NCBI GenBank assembly: GCA_034780895.1
Contig: JAUZTB010000098.1
Span: 89,120,201 to 89,184,200 of the forward strand
DNA from: Rhynchobatus australiae
Taxonomy: Eukaryota
DNA: 64,000 bases
Reading direction: 5' to 3'
Part shown: piece after piece, positions 12,666 to 22,807 of the stretch
How positions within the stretch are numbered: position 1 is the first letter of the stretch
Layout of the letters: every line of letters starts with the position of its first letter
The notes under the pieces: model-generated
What the model saw: only the letters and a program-made list of their open reading frames with translations
Database searches by the model: none
What the model was told of the DNA's origin: nothing
Translations under genes and position numbers: made by a program

Positions 12666-14539
12666 AACTGACTAGCTCAAATTTCAATAGCTGCATTTAT
12701 TAAAAGTTCCATTGCATGAACCTTATCCCTCTGTGCCTTTTTGAACTGTCCTGTGGGATGGAGGAAGGGTTAAGATGTATAGTCTACCTGGCAGTGTGCA
12801 AATGACTGACCACCAGTTGCCTCCCAACTGCCATTGAGGCAATCCTAGTCTTAGTATCAATAGGATCTTTCATATCGTGCACTTCCATTGCCATCACCTC
12901 TGCTGAGACCTTCCCACAAAGCAAAATTGTGCAATGCATGGCATGCAATAGAATCCTCGCCCCTTTGATCAGCCAAATTACTTTCTACAACCTGTCAGTG
13001 GAAGCAAGATTTCAGCATGCCTGTCATCCTCCTAAACCCAAGCCGTGCCCACAGATGCAAGTGCTTGCACCACGTCTGTGCTGCTGTAGGGTTTCTTCAA
13101 CCATGCCTCCAGCATACAGGCATTATCAACTGCGATCCATCCACCTCCTTGTCCCTTCCTGGTTAATCAGTCTTCTATGTTGGAGTACAAAAGAACAAAG
13201 ACAAGGTGAGCACTTCCCCAATGCTCTTTATTAATAATCCTGATTCACAAACTGTTATTGCATTCATGTATAAGAGGTACCTGTTCCTGTCAACAAATGT
13301 TGCAATTCACTACATACTACTTTCAGTGGTATTTGGGTTCTCTCTCCAGCATACCAAACTCCACAGAAGCCAGTGGTCCTTTGGAATGTGACGTATCCTC
13401 CTTTGCCACACTAGGGATATGTCAAAGCTTGATGAAGTCAGATGCTCAGCAGAGTATGGCTTCCAAAGGATGCTGAAGGCAGACCATCGTTCTGCCCTCA
13501 GAGGACCTCACAGGAGGTGGACCACGGCTATTGGTCCTCTTTTAACACATCGCAAAGGATGCAAATTGCCTCCTTGCTGAAGTGCAGGCTTCGTGCACAA
13601 GCTCCCTGATATAATGTAAAAGGCATCCTATCCTGCAGTCTTGCTGGGAATGAGCTGCAGTGTGTGCTCCTTTATCACTCATTGCTCAACCACAGAAGCA
13701 GGAATGTCTTGAAGGAGGGTTGATGGGCAATAAATATGACAAAAAAATGTTCTTGATACAGATTTAGATATCAACATCTTTACAGATCTTCTGTTGAGAT
13801 TTCCCCTGCTGGAATGCTCTGTTTCTGGACCTCTGTGTTTTAGTGTTATGTGAGGACCGTAAATCATATGTTTGACAAGGTCACTGTGACATAAATAGCC
13901 ATCCCTAAATGACTGGGGTAAGATTAATTTGCATTTACAATGTGAATCAGCAATTTGTTTATATGCCATAAAACTCAATTGGGAAACTGCTGATGAACGT
14001 TCAATTTCTTTTTGGTTTTTTTTTGTCAGTAACAGTGGAAGATATAAATCATGAGCAATTTCTGGCAAATTACAACTCATGACAACTTTTCTTTGCCGCA
14101 AATATCTGTTTTGTTTTTAAATAAAACCAGTAACAATGGTGGCATCTGTGAACTTCCATTGTATTCGCAACAATTTCTAGATCACTAAAACTGGGTCAAT
14201 CTCCCCTTAACTGTTACATAATATACATCATTCTATTATCAGAAGAAAGTCAAATTTTCAGATACCATTTGGTGTAGGTGTAATGTCAATCACCTACATT
14301 CTCATTAAAGTGATTTATTTTGGTTACTTCACAATTAAGTTATTTTGGTTATTAGGCTGCTATACAATCAGAACTGCCACATTCATAGTTATTCCATCTA
14401 TTCATAGTTCAGGGATATGCTAACGTAGAGTTTATGTTAATTGACTAGGAAACTAAATGTCTGGAATAATAGCCCAGAAAAAGTGAATTCAAATCCCATT
14501 TTGACCATTTGGATTACTTTTTTAAAATTGTGATGAAGA

Positions 14540-14835
14540 ACATGTATTTAAGGTGAGAATTCAAGGGAGGTGTGTGGGCCATGTTTTTTAACAAAGAATG
14601 GTGTTTGCCAGAACAATGGAATGCACTGCCAGGGGTGGTAGTGGTGATAAATACAATAGAGGTGTTTAAAAGGCTCTTGGATAGGCACATAAATGTGCAG
14701 AGAATGGAGCGATATGGACCTTGTGTAGGCAAAAGGGATTAGTTTAGTTAGGCATTTAATTACTGGTTTAATTGTTCAACACAATATCATGGGTTGAAGG
14801 GCCTGTTCCTGTGCTGTACTGATCGATATTCTATG
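14540..14835 (+). mobile_element. CR1-clade LINE 3' end
   Basis: TGGAATGCACTGCCAGGGGTGGTAGTG (WNALPGVVV), FKRLLDRH, tail GGGTTGAAGGGCCTGTTCCTGTGCTGTAC...TTCTATG. Confidence 0.88.
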
Positions 14836-15109
14836 CTTTTAAGAAGCTGGTATTAACAAAGCTATTGGTTTGTTGTAAAAATCCAATCGTTTCACATTGT
14901 CTTTTGGGGTAAAATAATGCTGACACCTTTATTTGGTCATTGCAATTATACTGGCAAGATGCACCNNNNNNNNNNNNNNNNNNNNNNNNNNNNNNNNNNN
15001 NNNNNNNNNNNNNNNNNNNNNNNNNNNNNNNNNNNNNNNNNNNNNNNNNNNNNNNNNNNNNNNNNTGCAATTATACTGGCAAGATGCACCTGGAATATTA
15101 TGTGTCTCC

Positions 15110-15600
15110 TACTGAAAAGGATAGACTTGCTGGAGATGAAGAGCAGCAGGGTTTGGCCAGGTTGGTTCCTGGGCCAGCATTTTTGCTATAAGAGAAAAGT
15201 TTAAGTAAACAACAACTACTTGACTAGATAGACTAGAATGAGAGGAGATCTCATTGAATTTACAAAATTCTTACGGCACTTGAAGAGCTGGATGCAAGGA
15301 GGATGTTTCCCATGGCTAAATACTCTAGAACTGCGGTCACAGTCTCAGAATAAAGGGTAGACCATTTAGGATGAAAACAAAGAGAAAGTTCTTTCATGGA
15401 TTCTTGGAGGGCTCAGTCATTTCAGACACTGAAGTCATTCAAAACAGAGTTTGATGGATTTCTGGATATTATGTAAATCAAGGGACATGGAGTAATGCTG
15501 GCAACTGGCATTGAGGTAGAAATCAGTCATCATCTTGATAAATAGTGGGCCAGGCTCATAGAGAAAAATGGACTTCTCCTGATCATTTTTCTCATGTATT
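15110..15600 (+). mobile_element. Older CR1-clade LINE 3' region
   Basis: AGAATGAGAGGAGATCTCATTGAA (RMRGDLIE), GGTCACAGTCTCAGAATAAAGGGTAGACCATTTAGG (GHSLRIKGRPFR), tail AATGGACTTCTCCTG. Confidence 0.8.
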
Positions 15601-17299
15601 ATTTTGATTCTACATCAGCATAGTTGAGCCCTAATGGCCCACTAAAGTAGCCGAGCAAACCAGTCAGTTGCACCAGCTGCCAACTGGCCAACGATGGATG
15701 GGCATTTAGTTCTAGTCTCATCAGTAAAGATAAAAATACAGAGGTTTAGACTAGATTTACTCATGTACTAAATTAAGCATTATAGCATTAGTGAATTATA
15801 AGAGGTGATTCTCTTAACTGGGAATCTCAACCTTCCAAGTAACTCACTCTCAATATAGAGAGCACCAAGAAGTCTGAGGAGTAAGTTTGGCAAGTCAAAA
15901 AAATTGTCAGAAGCCTGCAATCAAATTTCCAGAGTTTTTTTTTCATTGAAGTGTTCATGAGATGAATGATGAAAAGATTTAAGTAGAAGGGATAAATAAC
16001 AAAATTACTGCATTGGATCTGATTCTAACCTAGTGCAGAATTCAAGGAGCAAGACATGAGATGAATTCCAAATCCCAGTGTCACTGACATTCCCCAGAAA
16101 GGTGTCATTGACTTCAAGGTAAGAGATGGGCTGAGAAATGGCAGGCAATATTGAGGAGAAGTAATTTACATGCAGAGTTGAAGATTGATTATTTGTGCTG
16201 TTCATTTGTGCTTTGCAGCTAGAATAACTGATAGTTATGAGGTTTAGGAAATAAAACTGTAAGACAATAAAACAGTTTTTCCAAACCTTACTTACAATTA
16301 CTAATTGCTAGCCACAGATAATACTTAACAGTCTCAGCTGAGTTCCAGAGAGAATTCCAATAGATATTTTGTTTGTGTGCATATGCGTCTGTATAAAGTA
16401 AAATGTATATTGCTAAAGGGTCCACTATAACTTTGATCAAATTACACTGAAAATTGTAATGTTAGGTGCTGTCAGTGGGAAACCTATTTTGGAGTATCAC
16501 AAATTTCCTGCTTTACCTGTTTTGCCTGAATCAGAATCTATAGTAAAGGTTTTTAATGTTAAAGCTTGTATAATGAGCTGCTGAAACAACAAAAGTACAG
16601 ATACCTGATTACACCAATAAGTTGGAGGTGGGGCAGCACTTAGGGTAGGACTTACCACAATGGCCAATGTTGTACAAATAATGTCTGTTCACTCACAAAC
16701 CAAATCCATTTAAATAGCGATTTATAGCAGTCTATTTAAAACTACAGATTATATCCATACGTTCAATCAGGATAACTTACAGCAGTGCGGTCTACAGGCA
16801 TGAATGGTGTTGGAATTACCCAGTCATTCTCAATCTGTCTGGGAATAGAGGCTCACTATACTGTATATGAGCACTGTAGAATTCTCATTTTCTTTTTTAA
16901 AAAAATAGCTGGTTAAGTCTAGATGTAGTTGCCAGCTTTTACCATTGGGTGTTGCTGTGCAACGGATCCCTGCCTCAAAATCTATCTCCAGTCAGAAGAT
17001 GGTAAATGACCAATACAGTAGTGGGCTGTACTTTGCTGCAGAAATTCATTCCACTGAAAACTCAGCTTATTGGGTGAAGAATTCCACATTCCTTTCCTCC
17101 AAGTTTCTTTTTGCTTTTGGTCCTGGAAGGCCTAGCTCTGATTTGAAGACTGTGTCTCTGGGTACTGGATTGGCCGGCATTATGGTTTCCCTCACAATAA
17201 AAAAAATAAATCTCAGGAAAATGAATCTGAGCTGCAGGATTGAAAGGCAACATTGGCGGAAGGGATTATATTGATTGTATTGACCATTATCCTGATTTC

Positions 17300-17447
17300 C
17301 TGTTCATGCTCTCCTGTTATTATGTTTTGTTAACACGATACAAGGTATTGTAATTATTATTACTATGTATACTGCTTACTCTGCGAGCTATACCTGAGCA
17401 AGGAGTTTCATTGCATCCTGGTGCATATGACAATAAACTAAACTAAT
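17300..17447 (+). mobile_element. 3' tail of a Rex1/Babar-like element
   Basis: GCAAGGAGTTTCATTGCATCCTGGTGCATATGACAATAAACTAAACTAA. Confidence 0.55.
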
Positions 17448-17459
17448 ACCCCATCAGTG

Positions 17460-17705
17460 TTTTCAGGTAAAATTTGTTGTTAAGTCACATGACATCTTGG
17501 ACTTTAGTGGCCTTAAGTGTAGGAGAAGAAGGCAGAAGGACATGAGGAGGATCAGGGAAGGAATTCAGGAAGCACAGGACCTAGGCCCTGAAAGCAAGAT
17601 TCCCATTGGTGGAATGAAAGACTTGGCAGAGAATCCAGTCTTGGAGGAATGCACAGACCTCTGGGGGTTTTATGGTGGTGAAGGGAACAGAAATAGGTAG
17701 GGGCA
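17460..17705 (-). mobile_element. L2-clade LINE 3' ORF2 remnant
   Basis: cagggaaggaattcagga...ggacctaggccctgaaagca...ttggaggaatgcacagacctctgggggtt resembles the reverse of the recalled L2 C-terminus (AFS..GP.LWNSLP). Confidence 0.5.
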
Positions 17706-17974
17706 TCTTTCATCATTCATACTGCCTTCACTTATCCACCTACCAATCATTCCTCTTTCCTCTGAAGACCTGAATGTAAAGGGAACTCAATATTGCAATG
17801 TGAAAATTCCCAAAGAGTTCTGGAAGTCTTCCAGAAGGCTGATCTATAAGGCCATGTATAGCTGAACACAAGGGCTTCAGTTACTCCTCGGGGTACTTTC
17901 GGCAGAACTAATCTCAGCAATTCAGGACTTTAAATGTGACTGTGTCCGTTTCTTTTGCTTGCCAGAAGTCTGAA

Positions 17975-18398
17975 GTGATATGGAGCTAACCTGTGTGGAG
18001 TTAGACTACAGATCAGCCATGATCACTCGGAACAAGTGGAACTGGATCAATGTTCTTTTCTAAGTACTGTGTTCTTATGTATTTCATTGAGGTTGAAGGC
18101 TGGGGATTGATCAAATGAAACTATTTGAAAGGGTAGACCCAGAGAATCTATTTTGTCCAGTTGGGAATCCTGAACAACATTAAAATAAATTAAGCTGGAC
18201 TCTTTGGGTGTGAAATCAAAGAACACATTTCTCCACACACGGGGCGGTAACTGTTAAGTGAATTGCAATTGTCAAGATCGAGATTTAGTTTATGGGGGAT
18301 GTGGAAGAAGGATAGGTAAAGGGAGATCCGTCTCAGCCATGATTTAATTGAACAGCAGAACAGGTCTGGGGGTGAGATGGCCTATTTCTATTCTCATG
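17975..18398 (+). mobile_element. Decayed CR1 3' fragments
   Basis: gatatggag...cagatcagccatgatc; gaacacatttctccacacac; tcagccatgatttaattgaacagcagaacagg...atggcctatttct. Confidence 0.5.
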
Positions 18399-18469
18399 CT
18401 GGGCACCTCAGTTCGACAGGTGCAACTACTTTCCTGTCACTACTCGGGGACAGTTGACAGTGAGCACGC

Positions 18470-18655
18470 CAGAAATTTGAGCGCCGAGATCAAGGCGAAT
18501 ATTCCAACCCAGTTCTGAGGATGTGCTTCACGGAAAGCGATGACTTGTTTCAGATGAGGTGTTGAAGCTCCTGTGCATTCAGGTGGATGTGAAGTATCTC
18601 ATGGAATTGTGTCAAAGAAGACCAAAGGAGTCCTGCTCAGTGTAGTGGGCGATTC
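18470..18655 (+). mobile_element. Deu-domain SINE remnant (SacSINE1/AmnSINE1-like)
   Basis: TTTCAGATGAGGTGTTGAA...TCAGGTGGATGTGAAGTATCTCATGG...AAGAAGACCAAAGGAGTCCT is collinear with the recalled Deu core TTTCGGATGAGACGTTAAA...TCAGGTGGATGTAAAAGATCCCATGG...AAGAAGAGCAGGGGAGTTCT. Confidence 0.6.
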
Positions 18656-19982
18656 GCAGGTCTCCTTATCCTCATTGTGCAGAGTGAAGGGCTGACTCTA
18701 TTCCCGCAGTTTGTGTTGTTTCAGAGTCCAAACATCTGCAGTATTTTGATTTTGCCCTGTCGCATTACATCTCCTGCACCTCAACAAAGTACAGCTGCAA
18801 GGCGTCGAGAGCGTGGAAGGTGCTTTCCCTGCACCGCACACAGGTCGCCAGGAAACGGAGTCTCAGGATGTCTTCTTTCTAAGCCCGCGGAGCCAACAGG
18901 GGTCGGAGCTGGGAGGTGTACATTTACATAGCGACTTGTGATTCATCCAGAGTGTCGAGGATGCTCATTACGTCGTGTTTTTCCCCAATCTCGGCACGTA
19001 TGTTTATTACTCAGGTCAGAATTGAGAGCATGCACTGAGGACAAGATTTGTTTTAACTTACTTCCTTCGTTAGTTATTTGGAGAATGTTTTGACTGTGTC
19101 CGTCCGCTGCGAGAAGGGATGGGAGGCCAGTTCTGCCTTGTACAGTTGCGAGGGGTGGGTGGGGCACTGTGCGAATGACCCAACCCGCCGGCAGCGATGG
19201 ATGGCACCGGGCAAGGCAACCAAATTCAACACTTCTGTCTTTTCTCAGGTCCAGCTCAGTGGAGACGCAGAGTTAACGAAAGGAGAATGAAAGCAACGCA
19301 GTCTCTTATCATTTGGCAGAGGTGATTCTACTGTCTAGTCTGGGCAAAGACAAACTATAAATCAAAGTGAAAGCGCACGATTCCAACGCGTAATTTCATT
19401 TTCCTCCCTCTCGGACCCTTGATCTGCGCACAGCTACAATCCAAGCATGACAAATGCTTGCAAACTTTTATTTTCAATCCTGATTATTCCAGGTACAACG
19501 AGATCTGACGCTGGACACTGGAAAGACGAGCTCGTCTGAATATCCGGGCAGTGCTTGTTCAACTTTCAGTCTTTCCCGAATCAAAGTGTCACCTTTTACT
19601 GGGTTAATCACTAGAGAATATCGGCGTGCTTCTTTACCGCTGTTTCAGTCGTTATCCGCTGATCTACTTCACGTCGTGTGGGGGCTTGGAAATGTGGACA
19701 GAAATGATATGTTGGCTTCTTCCCAGATTGCTGTGTAGGCGATCAAAAACAAAAAAAAAATCCCCGCATTTGACCATAAAAAAAACATCTTAAAATGCGA
19801 GCAGACAGTAAATTTAATTTGGCACCTTAGGAAAAAAAAACGGAGGTGAACATAAGGCCATGGAGAGTGAGTTCAGCCACTGAGCGGACATAAAGAATCC
19901 CAGACTCTACACGGTACAGAGGGGGAGAATGAATTGGTCGACTCCGGTGCAGCCAAGGCCGACCATGTGCTCACACTGGCCT

Positions 19983-19996
19983 CCACCAGGCGGCGC
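19983..19996 (+). promoter_or_regulatory. CTCF-binding motif
   Basis: CCACCAGGCGGCGC(TA), one mismatch from the core consensus CCASYAGRKGGCRS. Confidence 0.65.
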
Positions 19997-20639
19997 TATG
20001 TCACGGTTCCGAGGGTTGAAGCAGCCTAACAAAAGGCAACATTCATTCACCGTTCGTGACTCCACCGTGGCTGCTTTTGCGGTGGGATAGAGGAGCACGC
20101 CTTCGTCGTATGGCCACACTGATATTTCTGACACGCATCCTCCCATCATTGGACGTTTCATTTCAGAATTATGACAGTTCACGACCCAGCAATTGATGAG
20201 CTCATTAAAAGCCAGGTTTCTATTTATTTTTAACTTCTACCTTGTTGGCGAACTTTAGCAAAGTTACAATGCCAAACACAATCTCACATCCAAAATGCGT
20301 CATGTAAGCCATTCAAATGGGCGGATGATGTTCCCGAAGGCTGGGCTGAAGGTTAATTATAGGATGCAACTTCCTTGCGAGGAGGAGGGATCCCGACAGT
20401 TTGAACCTCAAGTTAAAATAAAACAAAAATCAGTAAGAAATATTGTGAGTTTTTTTTTGTGTATTCCACTCACTCGCGCAGCGACATTTTAGACTAATTC
20501 CTCCCCGTTCAGAATTAACCACAGATCAAAACTGACAGATATGATTACTTTAATTTTGTAGTTCTGCGATACTGTAGTGCATTAAGCGGATCACCTAAAT
20601 CAGCTTCCGTAAAACCAATCGAAGTGAAATGCAGTGTTC

Positions 20640-20742
20640 ATATAAGATTTCTTTATCAGTCCCATGTATATCGAAACACACAGTGAAATGCATCTTTTGC
20701 GTAGAGTGTTCTGGTGACGGCCCACAAGTGTCGCCACACTTA
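20640..20742 (-). mobile_element. Short retroposon 3' end with a Rex1-type tail (probable SINE fragment)
   Basis: The reverse complement ends GCAAAAGATGCATTTCACTGTGTGTTTCGATATACATGGGACTGATAAAGAAATCTTATA. Confidence 0.55.
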
Positions 20743-21926
20743 CTAATTTTTAATTATGTACAGAGGAAGCTACTTAAACGTGCATCTAAAACATGAAACA
20801 ATGTCATCCCTGAATCCCAAGAAACGTGACTGTTTCTTTCCCCTTGGGCTTCCCCAAGGAAGAGCTGCCGATGGCAGCACTTTGTTTCACGAACCATTGA
20901 CTACATTCAGGGGCCGTTCTTCAAGTACATCTTTGGGGAATTTCAGGGGTACCTATACAAATCATCGAATTCGAATTTTGTTTCAAACAAACACGGCATT
21001 CATTCACCATTAGATTTGTAACCTGGAATAAATAATTCGTTGTTAATACGTGTAATAATAAAAATAATGTCTAATTCGCATATTAATCTTATTTATAACT
21101 ATTTCATTGCCTTCGTATATCGCTCTAGTTTTAAGCACATTTGATTTATTTGTTTAAGACGCAATCTACTAGAAGGCACTCAACAGAAATCATCACTCTA
21201 CCGACAGTTAATGCAATGCACAAAACGCCTAGGTGCACGGCAATGGAATTTGTTCGCTCCGATTGCCACTTCCAGCCTCCCAGTGCGAGTTTGAAGAGCA
21301 ACTTGTTAAACAAACGCGGCACTGTCTTTCGCACCGCCCGAAATGCGGGATTTCCATCAAAAGCTTCGGATCCTATCGGTGCATAAAAGTAACACAGAAT
21401 TTCAGGGGTTGGCTTCGAGTTATTGATAAACCGTTTGATCCTTGGAAGTATACATTTGCGACGTAGTATGTTAAATATTCGTGTTCTTAAAGCAAATGTT
21501 TCTTGCCATCCATCTCCCTGGGATGGCTGGGTCAGTGCTCTGTCTGACAGTTGCGGGCTCCAGGGACAGGTTTCCCTATCTGAGGGCTGGGAGACCTGTA
21601 GAAGCTCATGCCGGCCCACAGTCCCCATGGAGACTCCATCAGTGCCTTGCAGAGGCAGCCAGCAGCAGGTGACACAGCAGTAGGGACCACTGGCACCAGT
21701 CGACAGATCGTCACAGAGAAATGTGGGTGAGGTGGACAGTGGTGATGGAGTGCACGGAGGATCAGACCCTATGTTTTACGTGACACTGATTCTCACACCA
21801 TAGGTGTATTTGACATGCTGAACTTTATCCAGTATTTTCATTTTTTATGTCAGATTTTCTTTGACTGCAATATTTTGTTTTTATGTAACAATAAAAGTAG
21901 TCATGGATTATATATTGCACATTCTT

Positions 21927-22071
21927 GCACACACATACATAAACCACACATACACACACACACAGATCACACACACATAGACACATGCATATGAAGTAAC
22001 ACACATACACACAGACTACATATGCACACAAACACACACACAGACCACACACACACACAAACCACACATAC
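21927..22071. repeat. Degenerate (CA)n microsatellite running into a gap
   Basis: Direct inspection. Confidence 0.9.
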
Positions 22072-22171
22072 NNNNNNNNNNNNNNNNNNNNNNNNNNNNN
22101 NNNNNNNNNNNNNNNNNNNNNNNNNNNNNNNNNNNNNNNNNNNNNNNNNNNNNNNNNNNNNNNNNNNNNNN

Positions 22172-22279
22172 GATTATCGCTTTACCGTTGATAATGCTGA
22201 TATAACCAAGATGATCACTTTACCGTTGATAATGCTGATTATAACCAAGATTATCACTTTACCGTTGATAATGCTGATT
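22172..22279. repeat. 39-bp tandem minisatellite (about 2.8 visible copies, adjacent to a gap)
   Basis: Unit GATTATCACTTTACCGTTGATAATGCTGATTATAACCAA starts at 22172, 22210 and 22249. Confidence 0.9.
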
Positions 22280-22666
22280 CACTACATATACTGAAAAGGA
22301 AGTGTATGAGAGATTAGCCTTCGCAACTGAATCTTTTTTGCAATCAGCAGAAACCTGCGTACATGTAAATAGATCTTAGCTCGTAATCCCTACAATTGGG
22401 CGGACAATAATAGCGGCGAGGCAATTAAATTAATTGAAATGCAGCAAATCAAAATTAAATTTAAATGAAGTTTGCAATTATAACTGAAGATTTTAAAAAG
22501 CGGTCTGCCTCCGGATGCGTTGAACACTAGCATAATGTAATTTGGAAAGTAAATATCTTATTTAAATTGGTTGTTACATTTTTCCGGTTTTGTATATCGC
22601 TGCGGCATTGCATTTTAATCGTAATTATGTTAATGGTGTAAAGATGATTAAAATTTTAATACTGTT

Positions 22667-22669
<3 letters not shown>

Positions 22670-22707
<38 letters not shown>
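22670..22707. repeat. (TG)n microsatellite
   Basis: Perfect TG run. Confidence 0.95.
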
Positions 22708-22708
<1 letters not shown>

Positions 22709-22793
22709 TAGGAGTGAGAGAATTCGCCTGCTACTCAACGCAGCCTGCAGTTGAATCGGATTGTGCGTTTCGGTGAGACAGAAACTGCCAATT

Positions 22794-22807
22794 CCAGCAG
22801 GGGGCGC
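22794..22807 (+). promoter_or_regulatory. CTCF-binding motif
   Basis: CCAGCAGGGGGCGC, a perfect match to the core consensus, embedded in AT-rich DNA. Confidence 0.75.

Noticed and set aside
22172-22279. CRISPR-like array or phage-operator-like palindromes
   Set aside because: The units are head-to-tail with no unique spacers, there are no cas genes, and the context is vertebrate. The resemblance to lambdoid operators (TATCAC...GATA) is coincidental.
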